Shown piece by piece: positions 1-12,535 of a stretch of 64,000 nt of DNA. Made by a program: the position numbers and the translations under genes. Position 1 is the stretch's first letter. Each line of letters starts with the position of its first letter. Source of the stretch: Scyliorhinus canicula (Eukaryota); contig NC_052166.1 in NCBI RefSeq assembly GCF_902713615.1, positions 66,178,406 through 66,242,405 on the forward strand, written 5' to 3'. Under the pieces are notes generated by a model. It had not been told where the DNA came from and did no database searches. It saw only the letters and a list, made by a program, of their open reading frames with translations.

Positions 1-1230
1 CTGACAAGATGAAAAGGCAATACCCTCAGATTGACTCCCCTCCCCGGGGAAATTAAAAGGAAAGTAGTCACTCTTCTGCAGGTTCAGTATGTCCCCCGCA
101 AAGGAGCCAACACTCCTCGGTAGCTTCATTATTCCTTTCATAGCGGAGATTGGGTCAGCAGCATGCAGGGGCACCTTGTGCCTCTCTCCTCCCCTGCTTT
201 ATCCCTCTCCATTTTCTCCAAATACCTCAATGCAATGGCCACGGGTTCAATCGCCAGCGTAAGCAGGAGTGGTGACAATGGGCACTCCTGTCTCGTGCCT
301 CTATTCAAGAGAAAGTACCCCAAACTCATCGCGTTAGTGCATACACTTACCTTGGATGATATATACAATAGCTGAACCCATGAAATTAAGTTCTGCTCAA
401 GTCCAAAGAGATACTGCCACTCTACTCTGTCTAAGGCCTTCTCCAAATCCATTGAGATAACCACCTCTGGTTCACAAGAGGGGGAAGAGGACAACTTTTA
501 GCACCTGCCGTTAGATAATTGTTGCCCCTTGACAAAACCTATCTGGTCTGCAATTGCTTCCGGGACACATGCAGCCAGTAGCTTGGTGTCCATGTTCAAA
601 GGGGCTGGTTTAGCACAGGGCTAAAGAGCTGGCTTTTAAAGCAGGCCAGCAGCACTGTTCAATTCCTGTACCAGCCTCCCCAAGCACGTGCCGGAATGTG
701 GCGACTAGGGGCTTTTCACAGTAACTTAATTTGAAACCTACTTGTGACAATAACCAATTTTCATTTCATTTACATTTCAACGGGGAAATGTGCCAATATG
801 ATCCACATTCTGTTGGGTGGTTATCCTTTTTCAAAATAAGGGTGGTGGAGGCCAGCAACAGTGTATCGGACAAAGCTCCCCGAGCCACAGAATCATTGAA
901 TACATCTCCTATCAGCAGTACCAGTTGACCCTCAAACCTCTTGTAAAATTCTACTGGAAACCCATCGGGACCAGGGGCTTTCCCCGACTGCATCAGCCCA
1001 ATGCCCTTCAGCACTTCCCCAGGGCTTAACGGGGTCCCCAATTCCTCCCTTCTCTCTCTCTCACTCTCACAACCTGTCTAGGATCTCTGACATGCTCAAC
1101 CCCTGGGGGGCTCCGACCTATAAAGATCCCTATAAAATATCCCAAATGCTGCATTGACCCTCTTGGGCGGAGTCTAAACTGGTCACGCAAGTCTGATCCG
1201 CACAATCTCCCCGGGAAGCCGCCTGCCGCC
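1..1230 (-). mobile_element. Degenerate L1/Tx1-clade RT fragment, interrupted by a SINE at 601-770
   Basis: Peptides KAPGPDGFPVEFYK, SMDLEKALDRVEW and RGTRQECPLSPLL, with frameshifts. Confidence 0.85.
601..770 (+). mobile_element. Short tRNA-head SINE with GTGGCGACTAGGGGCTTTTCACAG tail and (TTTCA)n end; other copies at 6414-6597(-), 32896-33070(+), 40883-41066(-), 49478-49640(-)
   Basis: Near-identical dispersed copies with A/B-box-like head and simple-repeat tail. Confidence 0.8.
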
Positions 1231-2252
1231 TCAGTTAGTCAGAAAAAGACCTGCCCATATATAACGGGGATTTGGGAGTGTGGGTGACGTTCTCAAAGCC
1301 ACAGCTTTGCCCATCCCTGTGTACTCTTGACGAGATGTTGGTGGGCTGTCCCAGTCCGCCTGATGTACCCTTACAGTGGGGCAATTCCAGAATATTGAGA
1401 CAGTGATGGCAATGCATGTCCAAGCCAGGGTGATGTTCCCTTGACATTGTTGCTCCTGACCTTCCAGGTGGCTCTGTTTGCAGGGAGAGGAAGATGCTGC
1501 CCAGTTATGTTAAATAAATTGTTGCAGTGTGGTGTTGGCGGAAGCATTGCCGACCCTGGTTGGATGTATTCCTCGTGGTGTAATCACATAACCTCCAACC
1601 CCACTCCATTCCCGTCCCCACTTCTGGCTGTCCAACACATACAATCTCACGATGCACAACCTTCCCATGGCCAATTGGAAAGTGAGCAGACTTTTTTTTT
1701 TTCCAATTGGATAATTCTTGGCTATTAGTTAAGGGCCCTATTTTTCCCCACCTCTAAATATTAAGTAGTTAACGAGCGCAAGTGTTTTAAGACATTTTTT
1801 AAAAAACTACTTTTCTAATGTGCCTCTGGTTGGTCTTCCAGGTTGTTCATTGTTGTATCCTGAAAATTAATCTTTAATTTCTTGACGATTCCAAATAATC
1901 CTGGGGGGATGACAACCAGAGTGATGTGTTGGAGGGAATGGATATTGAGTACAGTGGCAGGGTGTTCTAGAATCCCTACAGTGCAGAAGAAGGCTATTCA
2001 GCCCATTGAGTCTGCACCGGCCCTTGGAAAGAGCACCCTACTTAAGACCACGCCTCCATCCTATCCCCGTAACCCAATAACCAAACTGGGTTGATCAAAC
2101 TGCTGGCAAGATTCTACCCTACCAAATTCAAAATGCCCACCTAGACATTTTGAAATGTGGACAATTAGACACACATGATAGAATCTTTCCTCTTGGGAAT
2201 AAGATCGTGCTTCAATTTTCTGCATTCTTTCTTGTGGGGCAAGACTTGACTT

Positions 2253-2477
2253 TTTTTTTAAATTTTAGAGTACCCAATTATTTTTTCCAATTGAGGGGCA
2301 ATTTAGCGTGGCCAATTCACCTAACCTGCACATCTTTTGGGTAGTGGGGGCGAAACCCACGCAGACACGGGGAGAATGTGCAAACTCCGCACGGACAGTG
2401 ACCCAGGGCCGGGATTCGAACCCGGGTCCTCAGCGCCGTAGGCAGCAATGCTAACCACTGTGCCACCGTGCTGCCCT
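2253..2477 (-). mobile_element. Short A-tailed HE1/V-SINE-related element (representative of ~25 copies in the window)
   Basis: tRNA-like head GGGCAGCACGGTGGCACAGTGGTTAGC, V-core GTGTGGAGTTTGCACATTCTCCCCG, tail GGGTACTCTAAATTT(A)n. 15-bp TSD GGCAAGACTTGACTT. Confidence 0.9.
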
Positions 2478-4739
2478 GGCAAGACTTGACTTAACTTGTT
2501 TTATTAAATAGTCATGGTAATCGAAACATTTCAATGTGTGCTTAAAAATAGAAAACAGATTTATCAGGATTTGAAGGGAAGAAGGGTGAAGTTCCAGGTG
2601 TGCAGATCTCATCAAAACAGACTCTGCTTAAAATGTTGACCTTTTCTTATACAGCCACTGTGCGTTTGAGCATTTTCCATTATTTTGTTAAAACCTTTAA
2701 CCAAAGAATATTAAGAAAACCTAAACACATTTTTTAATGGGTTTAGTGGTAATGGCCTGTAATGCTCACAGGGATGCTGGGACTGAAATGTGAAATTGCT
2801 GCACCATCTGTTCACCTCCTTGGCTCCAGGATCAATCCAGCCTGTTTTTGAAGCTTTATCACTCGCTGTTCTGGTAAACCTGTTAAGACCCAGATGCCTT
2901 TATGCAGCTTTCTTTCAGAGAGGTTAATGTCATGGTCCATAAAATAACCAAAGGCCCTTGAGATAATGGAACCACAAAGTGCAGAGGAATTACGGCTTTC
3001 CCTGGTTTGGTTAAGGCTACCTGGCTTCCCTTCAGCAGTGGCTGTTCTACTGCCCTAATCTTGGGCCAGTCACCTCGATGAGTGTCACAGATATTCCCTC
3101 CCCTTCTTGTTGCTTCTCGCTGAGGGCAACTCGAGAAGCTGCCAGCACATTGGGCATGGCCCCAAATGTGATCATTCAATGGCGCTGTGCGCTGGAGCTC
3201 CAACCAGCTGTCATCAAGATTGTTTCTTTGAAATATAACAGTTGCTCTTTTTTAAAAGCTCAGAGGACAGATAACTGCAGTAAAGTTTATTTAAATAGGC
3301 TTAAAAGTCACATACTAGACTAGCAACTCAAATTCCACGATTGTAAAATTAATCCAGTAAATCTGTGGCCTGTATACCAAATACTCAACTGGGGGCCGTC
3401 ACCCCCAATCTGCTCTAAACTGTGTTAGTTGCAGTTGGCTTTCTCCAGGAGGCGAGCTGCTTCTCAGAAAAACAGCCCACTGCCATCACTTGATAGCTAG
3501 TTGCAGGTGGACAATCTCACCTGGTGTCGCCCATATCCCAACAGCAATGACATTTTGGCCAATGTTAAACTTGCCCAACAAGTTTTGGTATTATTGGTTC
3601 AATGAACCCTTCTGCTCGTTTTAAATCGGACCCTTTCGACGTACCTTACTATTCAAGTGTCAAGTCTGCTACCACGGCTGCAAAGCCTGGGTTCTCTCTC
3701 TGCCAGGTTATGGTGCCCTTGGTCAAGGAAGCGTGAACATTCCTGGCAGTGCAGCCTTTAGCAACAGAAAATAAATGGTTTGCGAATGTCAACAGTCAAC
3801 TGAAGTGAAGCCTGTGAACCTAGTTTTGTAATTAAGTCAACCTTCTGCGAGCCACAGTTGCCCTTCAGTTTGACCAAGGATAGTGTTCGCGTGGGGAAAC
3901 GGCACAGCAGTTTGAGGTGCTGTTTCTATGTCTCCCCCATTCCTTCTCCCAGTATTTTGAAGGGCTGGATGGCACACAGTACATAAGTAGGAGCAGGCTG
4001 ATCTCCCACCTCAATTCCACTTTCCTGCCATGTCTCCTCATTCCTTTAGGTCCAAAAATCTGTCAATCTCTGTCTTCAATATACTCAGTGATCGAGAATT
4101 CAGAGACCTCCAAAGTAGAAAGTCGGGGCTGAGCTGGAATCTGGAACATTATATCCTCCTCTCGATGTTCTCAGTTCAGAGTCTCGTCCAATAGAATGTC
4201 GTAACGGTGCTAAGAATGCAATGGCTATCTGAAAGTTTGGAGATCAATATCCTCATTTGATTTGTATGAGTTGACACAAGTAGTGCCAAATAAGGATGGC
4301 TTTATTGTGTGGAACGTGAATCGAAAGCAGCAAAGTTTAGGCCCTGTTAACACTTGACAAACTTAGTTAAAGGATTAGTTTTTTTCCCAGTCAGCCAGCA
4401 CATCTTCATTCTAACCGTCTGGTAGGGATTAAAGCTTGTGAAAAAGAACACAGTGTTTGCCTCATGACAATAAGGGGCGTCCTGCAGTCCAGATAAATCC
4501 TCCAGAAGCCAGAAGAGATATCTGAGCATCTTCTATTCCTGAATTTCACATCACTGCCTCAAATTGGGTTATTTGAGAATCTAGTGTTACTCACTTTTTG
4601 AATTAATGCCATGCACATAATTTCACAGTGCTGTCACCCTGTTGGAGTTGGCTTTGATTGAGAAGAAGAAAAAAAAAGAATCCTTTACACTCCTCTCAAG
4701 CCAGAATCCACAGTGACCAAGAGTTAATAACCTGTGAAC

Positions 4740-4964
4740 GGGCAGCATGGTGGCGCAGTGGGTTAGCCCTGCTGCCTCATGGCGCCGAGGTCCCAGGTTC
4801 GATCCCGGCTCTGGGTCACTGTCCGTGTGGAGTTTGCACATTCTCCCCGTGTTTGCGTGGGTTTCGCCCCCACAAACCAAAGATGTGCAGGGTAGGTGGA
4901 TTGGCCACGCTAAATTGCCCCTTAATTGTAAAAAATTAATTGGGTACTCTAAATTTTTTAAAAA
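4740..4964 (+). mobile_element. Short A-tailed HE1/V-SINE-related element
   Basis: Same family; flanking repeat TAATAACCTGTG. Confidence 0.9.
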
Positions 4965-6804
4965 TAATAACCTGTGGGCCTTTTTTGTTTTATATTCTTC
5001 CCATGCAAGCCATTTAATTCAAACCCAGGTGTCAAGCAGAGGAGATGTGTTCAAGTGAGCCGCCCAGTTCCCCATCAGTTCTTCAACACTCATGTGAGAT
5101 GCGCATACACACACGCCTGTATGCATCCTTGATCGAGCTGATCTGTAAAATGTCACAATAAACGCACCATCAGCAGTTAACTCTCTTCATTCCTTACAAA
5201 TCCTCTAGAAACATGACATTTGGATTGTAGCAAGGGAATATTTTGGATGGACAGTGTTCAATGTATTTAGGATAATGGGGCATTTTAAAGCTACTTTTTT
5301 GAAGATGGATGTCCCTTTTACTGTTGTTTACTTTTTTTAAGTAATTCATGTTGCTGTTTGTGTGTACTGTCATTTTCCCTTATTCTAAATAAAATGCTGT
5401 TCTCAGTGTAGTTTCAGAAACATGCTTGTTTTCAGTTGGTGATTGAATGGCCTGCAGTGAGGTTTCAAAAATAAAGCTTCAGCCACACGGTTTCAAATAA
5501 TTTTTAAATGTATGGTCAGCCTTGTGTTTCTCACTAAAAGGTTTTTGGAAATTCTTCACATTTCTGCACACCCTGACTTGCTGCTTAATTACATCTGCAC
5601 CCAGAACACGAGCTCTGACTATAAGTTAATACCGACCATCAGTTTCAATCGCCACCTCACCTGATGTTTCCATTAGGGTTTCTGCTCGGCAGCTTGAACA
5701 ACCGAAGGTCGACTTGCGTCAAAGGGCCAAAGAACCAAAAGTGACATGAAGGGAAAACATGTTAATCCAGGAAGCTGTGATTGGGAATGCTCTGTCTGAA
5801 AAGGTAGTGGGAGATTTAGCATTTCAAGTTCTCGTTCTCTGTGGGTTGATCTTGTTATTCTAGTCATCACCCTGATTCTATTACCTATTTGCCAACTAGC
5901 GGAAACAATCCGTTAACTAAACTGTTTCAAACTCCTCAAATTTGAAAATACTTTTTGTTTGTAAATTTAGAGTACCCAATTTTTTTCCCAATTGAGGGAC
6001 GATTGTGCGTGGCCAATCCACCCAACCTACACATCTTTGGTTTGTGGGGGTGAAACCCACGCAGACACGGGGAGAATGTGCAAACACTACACGGACAATG
6101 TCCGAGAGCCGGGATCGAACCCGGGTCCTTAGCGTTGTAGTCCCAGTGCTAACCACTGTGCCATGTGCTGCCCCCTTGAAAGTATCTTTTGCTGGAGACC
6201 ATTTTTGGTCTTCCTCTTGAGATATTTCTGCTGACAGTGCAGCAGCTGTAAGTAGATTGCAGTAAGGACTGGAAGCCACTACCGTGTGAATTCATTACAA
6301 GCTCATTCTGGCCGAATCAGAAGGAACATTGCTTTCCATTTGAGCTGCAAGTACCTCTGCAGTTGGTTATGGTCAGCTTCACTCCCATAAAAGCTAGAAC
6401 AATATATAAACATGAATGAAATGAAATGAAAATCGCTTATTGTCACGAGTAGGCTTCAAATGAAGTTACTGTGAAAAGCCCCTAGTCGCCACATTCCGGC
6501 GCCTGTTCGGGGAGGCTGTTACGGGAATTGAACCGTGCTGCTGGCTTTCTTTAGTCTGCTTTCAAAGCCAGCGATTAGCCCTGTGAGCTAAACGCCCCAG
6601 AGACTATGTCGTGAAAATCAGATGCCCAAGTGGTGTTTCAGCTCCATAACAATTGCATATCAAATCCGCTCCAAACTCCATCTGTTTAACATCCAATAAA
6701 ACTGCAACTCAGCAAGTGATTAGTTTACTAGAACTTTGTCAACAGCATATTAAATCAACTGCTCTAAAACAATATGATCTAATAGTCATTTGGTAGTACA
6801 GAAC

Positions 6805-7158
6805 TTGAGTGTTGCTGAAAAAAAACATTTTAGAGCTCCTACAGGAGCTATTTGGCCCATTGAGTTTGCACCGACCCTCTAAAACTAAGCCCACTCCCCC
6901 ACCCTGACCCCGTAACTCCACCTAACCACATCTCTGGACAATAAGGGGCAATTTAGCATAGCCAATCCACCTAACCTGCACATCTTTGGACTGTGGGAGG
7001 AAACCCACACGGGGATAAAGAGCAAATTTCCACACAATCAACCAAGTTTCGAATTGACCACTGTGTCACCATGCTGCCTGCATTGGTATCCTAGAAATTG
7101 TTCTGATGAGTGCAAGATGAAAAGCTTTGACAAAATGTCTTTTTTCAACAAGACTCAA
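6805..7158. mobile_element. Inverted-repeat (Penelope-like) relic with a hammerhead motif; an HE1-type SINE (~6835-7078, -) sits inside
   Basis: Inverted repeats 6805-6831 / 7132-7158; CTGATGA…GAAA core at 7103-7122. Confidence 0.6.
7098..7133 (+). ncRNA. Minimal type-I hammerhead ribozyme motif (possibly decayed)
   Basis: Stem I TTGTT/GACAA; CTGATGA; stem II GT-GCAAG-AT; GAAA; palindromic AGCT; UH = TT. Confidence 0.6.
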
Positions 7159-8075
7159 TGATCAAGTATAATTTACATTCTATAATGAGATGTGTACACC
7201 GTTAGAATGTCATTGCTTGCACATTGCACTTTTTGAACAATTGAAGCTACATTATCGTTTGTACAAATGGTGCATATCGATACTTGTATTTAGGTTGGTT
7301 CTGATCCTTTCACATTGTTCTGTTGCAAAATAACAACACCCACTCTCTGAATTGTTACCTCCCGGAAACAAAACAGCTGCTCAATTCTTATATAATTCAA
7401 GGACAGAGCAATAAATGCTGCAGAGGCAAGTTGGAGAGAAAAACTGGCGCTCAACATCCCAGTTACTGGCAGTGGTAACTTATTGCACGATTCTGTGGGC
7501 ATAACAAATCCGTGGAGGAAAGAAAAGGATTAACTTTAATAGTGTTACAGAAGCAAAATCTTGCACAAGCACATAAGAAATAGAAGTAGACCATATGGCC
7601 CTTTGAGTCTGCTCAACCAATTGATATGATCGTGGGCTTCAAACCCCTCTTGTTGGTCATATCCCTTAGTTACTCGAGAGACCAAAAGTCTGTCTATCCC
7701 AGCCTTAAATGTGTTAGATGTCGGAGCAGCCACAACCCTCTGGTCGAAGAGTCTAAAGATGCAGAACCCTTTGAAGTAATTTCTCCTAACCTCAGTCCTA
7801 AATTATAGGCCCTTTCCCGAGACTGCCCCCTCCCGCCAGCGGAAACAAAATCTCAGTATCAAGCCCCCTCAGAATTTTGCTGGTTTCAATATTATTCATT
7901 GCAGATGCTGAAAATCATAGAATTATTTTAGCACAGGAGGGTTTAATGGTATATTAAGGAGAAGGGTTGCTGCTAAATTATAGATTTTCACAGTAGTTGT
8001 AATTTGTTTCTCCATTTAATTAATTTTAGAAGCAGTGTAAACCATTCATTGAGAAATTTTCAAATCAGGAGCAAG

Positions 8076-9622
8076 CTGTAATTTGCCAGATCACATGGTG
8101 TACAAGACAAACCCATTCCTCTGGCCCCCAAATTTTTTTTTGCTATACTTGCATCTAAACCGACTTCCCTTTTCAGCCGTAACATGCTATGTAGTCGCAT
8201 CAGTACTCAGCCTCAAATTCTCGCTCCACAAATGCATGTTTTATTTACCTCATAACTTGGCACAAGGGTTCGAGCAAGTGATACAGACTGTGCTGTGGAC
8301 ACACGTGGGAGTCTCAGACATGCCTGCACAGAGCAGACCCTAGAATTAGGACACGGGTCTCAAACTGGTCTCAAACTAAAAGTTGCAACATTTGCCAACT
8401 CAGTAAATAACTGCTGCAGCAAGGGAATTCAGTGGAAGTGAAAATCTGGTGTAAGGATGGAAGGTGCAATCTACCGTGAAAAAGATGCATCTTGACGACA
8501 GGGACCAGTCACTGGCCTGATTTTGAGAATCTTTTATTGAAATGGTTACACCGTCACTAGAAATGCAATGCTCACTCAAAAGCCAAATCCAACCCCCAGT
8601 CCAGCAAATATTTCAGAACTACGGTTAGTTGGTGTAGCTAATTTATGGAACCAAAGTTGTTGTGGCAGAAGACCAAAATCGGTCAGACTACCAAAAGACC
8701 TTGGTGCCAAAGTTGCCAGTTCCCAGCGATTCATCATTAGTAGCAAAGAACACAAGTACCCACACCAACAACTTGAATTTCAATAGGCCCAGCAATCGAA
8801 CTGTGGAGTTGAAACGTTTGAAAACAGTTCTAGTGAAATCTGCAGGACACGAGAAGACCAGATTCATGGTGGCGCTAGCCTCCATGGCCAAAGGAATGAA
8901 ATTCAAGCCTATGGTCATTTTCAAACTTAAACCATGCCAAAAAATCAAATTCTCAGTATAGGTTTTGCGCATGTCCATGACAGGTTGGGTGGATAAGGAT
9001 AAAGGGAGGTTATGTATTTATAATGTGTACAATAGGCTGCCCAGTGGCCTGCGTGAAGAGTTTAGTTTATTATTGTTGTGGGACATGTCCAGATCCCACT
9101 GACGAGATCAAGAGTTGCCTGCAGAGAAATAACACCTAAATTGAAGTTCTGCCAATGGGTCTAATATCCATAGCTCAGCCTTCAAATTGTTTTTTATGCA
9201 TGCATCCAAGGGACATGCACACACTGAATGAAGGTGGATGGTTGACAGAATAATTATCTGTCGTCAGATCGTTCAAAAAAATGTGGGACGTCCAATTCAT
9301 TGGATGGCGAGAAGGATGATTCTGATCCAGAGTGGGCTCCGTACAGTCATGTCACAGATAAAGTGACTCAATGAACTCTTGCATCGAACGCTGGAGACTA
9401 TGAATTTGCTAGTTTCTTAAAAAAGCTTTCATTGTTGTTAAAAGTATCTTTGTACATATAATTTATTCAATAAACAGTGCCACATTAATTATGAATGATC
9501 AGAGTTAAATTTTCTTTTCAAATTTCAAAATGGCAATTTCCCACACTGGCGATTTATAATTTAACCCATTTGCACCCGTTTTGGAACACCTTTTGGAGAC
9601 TTACACGCAGACATCTACGGTA
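8076..9622 (+). mobile_element. Degenerate pogo/Tigger-like DNA transposon
   Basis: Peptide FNRPSNRTVELKRLKTVLVKSAGHEKTRFMVALASMAKGMKFKPMVIFK and an LLWDMSRSH-like motif. Right end …GACTTACACGCAGACATCTACGGTA resembles pogo termini. Left boundary is approximate. Confidence 0.8.
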
Positions 9623-10756
9623 AGTAAAACAGGAAAAAACATATTGCAAGATATTTTTCGATTCGGAATGACTTGGGTGTTCTCGATACATATGATTTTT
9701 CAAAGCATTTTCTCAATGATGGATTTTCAATACACACATTGCAACAGGTGACAACAGTCAAACTATGCAACACAGATTTAAATGTAGATTCCAGGACCAG
9801 CAGAAACATTCAGTAAAGACAGAAAACTGGATAAGAGGGTCATTGGATTAATCTCAAGGATCGAGCAGCAGTCTGCAATACCAGATTTCTCTTTGCTACT
9901 GGGTACCTGAATAATGCAGCGATGCCACAGAATCTGGGAATGTTTACACAAGGGGGGGGGGGGGGTTCAGGTGATTATCAGTTAAGATCTTAAAGGGTAT
10001 AAATAAGACAAACAACACATTACAAATTGCATAAAATGACATAAAGCCTTAGAAAAGGGAGGGTTAAAAGAATATTTAGGTTTAAAGTTTTGCACAGATT
10101 TTGGTGAATGAATGGGTGGAATGGTTAGCAGAGGTTCTGATTCTATAATCTTCAAATTCAAGAAGGTTTTGCATTTATTTTGTACCTTTCATGATGATCA
10201 GATGCCCCAAAGCACCTTACAACCAATGAAATACTTTTGAAATGTCGTCACTGGTAGTGGGAATGGAGCTGCGAGTCTGCACATTGCAGACTCCCACAAC
10301 CCCAGTGGTTTTCTGATGCTGACTGAGAGCTAAATATTGGCCAGGTCCCCCTGCTCTTCAGAATTGTGCCCGCTGAACTATGGCTGACGCTGGGAAAATA
10401 AAATATAAACGGTATGGTGGATTCTAAACACTAGGTACCAGTCAAATGAACTACAATGCTCCATAGGACCTAACACTCAATGTTTTAAATTATTTGTATC
10501 CCATTGAAATAAGATTTCTCATATCATGATAGCAACTCACAATTGGAGCACAGCATCTGTCACAAATGAGTTTCCTCTGGAAGGAAACAACAGAAATTCA
10601 ACAGCCAAAACCAATAGAAAGATATTAATAAAGACTGAAGATGTCAGAACTGCAGCTCAGTACAACGATTTAAACTGCCCGGTGTCACAGGAGAATAAAG
10701 TTGCTAGCAATCCTTAAGCAGGACGTGTAAGCTTGATAGAGAAACGATGATCAGAG

Positions 10757-10944
10757 TCAAGTACTGCGGTCCTGGGAATCTGTTGGCGCCGTTGCATCTA
10801 TTTGCTGCTGCCTGAATTCCATCCTCACCTGGCGATTTGACTCTAGCAGTTCATGAAGTTTCGCATTCAGGGTATCGTTCTTCTCCTCAAGGTTGTCCAG
10901 GCAAGAGTTGATTTGGTCAAGCATCAGATTTAGTGCAGCATATT
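10757..10944 (-). CDS. BBLN: Bublin coiled-coil protein (C9orf16), coding exon 2: EYAALNLMLDQINSCLDNLEEKNDTLNAKLHELLESNRQVRMEFRQQQ...*; total 85 aa
   Basis: Polypyrimidine tract + CAG acceptor ending at 10945. The peptide closely matches the conserved EYAAINSMLDQINSCLDHLEEKND core of human BBLN. TGA at 10759-10757. Confidence 0.93.
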
Positions 10945-11377
10945 CTGCCAAGAAGGGGAGGTGTGGGAAGTGAGGTGAAGAATACAAGATTTAACTGTCA
11001 GCAGAATAAGTTACAGAAAAAAAGGAATATATTTGTGGCGACTAAGGTGACAATTTTAGTGTGACCACTTAAGGGGTCTCACCAGTCTCATTGACAACAG
11101 AAATAATCTTAGGACATCCCAAAACAACTTACATCAAATTAAGTCACAGAGCAACTTATGGGACAGAAGGAGACCATTCAACCCATTGAGCCTATGCTAA
11201 CTCCATAGAGCAATCCAGTCAGTCCCACTCCCCGGCTCAATCCCAGTAGCCCTGGAGCAGTGGCGTGCAGAGGTCTGGTGATGCCCGGGGCAAATCTTGA
11301 TTATATGCCCCAAAGACTCAAGTATAAGGCCTAATATACTGAGAAATATTATGAGAAAGGAAAACATTTTGAATATA

Positions 11378-12457
11378 GATTTTTTTTTAAAATAATTTTT
11401 ATTGAAAAATTGAATTTATGCAACAATAACGCACCATAGTAAAATACCAAAAATAACAATAATATTAACAATCATAAACATTCACCTCACCTCCATGAAG
11501 ACAGCATTTTAACAACAACGCAAATTAACACAATATAAAGTTACAGAATAGACCCCACAATAAGGAACACTCCCCCCCCCCCCCCCCCCCCCGGGTTGCT
11601 GCTGCTATTGACCCAGTTACCTATCTCTGAGCCAGGAAGTCCAGAAAAGGCTGCCATCGTTTATAGAACCCTTGTATTGATCCTATCAGGGCAAATATGA
11701 CCCTTTCCAATTTTATAAATCCCGCCATATCACTGATCCAGGTCTCCACACTTGGGGGCCTTGCATCCTTCCACTGTAGCAGAATCCTTCGGCGGGCTAC
11801 TAGGGACGCAAAGGCCAGGACACCGGCCTCTTTCGCCTCCTGCACTCCCGGCTCTACTGCAACTCCAAAAATCGCGAGTCCCCACCCTGGTTTGACCCTG
11901 GATCCAACCACCCTCGATACCGTCCCCGCCACCCCCTTCCAGAATTCTTCCAGTGCTGGGCATGCCCAGAACATATGGGCGTGGTTCGCTGGACTCCCCG
12001 AACATCTGGTGCACCTGTCCTCACCCCCAAAGAACCTACTCATCCTAGTCCCGGACATGTGGGCCCGGTGCAGCACCTTAAATTGGATGAGGCTAAGCCT
12101 CGCACATGAGGAGGAAGAGTTGACTCTCTCCAAGGCATCCGCCCAAGTCCCGTCCTCTATCTGCTCCCCGAGTTCCTCCTCCCATTTAGTCTTCAGCTCC
12201 TCCACTGACGCATCCTCCACCTCCTGCATTACCTTATAGATGTCAGACACCTTCCCCTCTCCGACCCACACCCCCGAAAGCACTCTGTCCATCGTCCCCT
12301 GCGAGGGCAGCATAGGGAATCCCTCTACCTGTCGCCTAGCAAACGCCTTTACCTGCAAGTATCTGAACATGTTCCCTTGGGGAAGGCCAAATTTATCTTC
12401 CAGTTCCCCCAGGCCCGCAAACCTCCCGCCAATAAACAGGTCCCTCAATTTGCTGAT
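11378..12457 (-). mobile_element. 5'-truncated L1-clade LINE nested in the hAT element (ORF2 C-terminus with CCHC finger, G-tract 3'UTR, AATAAA/A-rich tail)
   Basis: 15-bp TSD AACATTTTGAATATA at 11363-11377 and 12458-12472. The open frame to 11621 contains LIQFKVLHR, CTRC…HMFWACP and ILLQWK motifs. Confidence 0.92.
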
Positions 12458-12535
12458 AACATTTTGAATATATAAACACAGATGAAACATGAAATAAACG
12501 CTTTATTCGATTTTAATATAAATCAATCAAATTTA

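Noticed and set aside
4740-4815. tRNA genes at SINE heads
   Set aside because: A/B-box-like heads run directly into SINE bodies; I could not fold a complete cloverleaf with a terminator.
1440-5480. Possible last exons or 3'UTR of a plus-strand neighbour (e.g. CIZ1); AATAAA cluster at ~5157-5475
   Set aside because: No exon with recognisable protein similarity was found by eye; RNA-seq or TBLASTN would be needed.
11621-12490. 289-aa ORF as an independent gene
   Set aside because: Truncated L1 ORF2; its ATG comes from flanking hAT sequence across the TSD.
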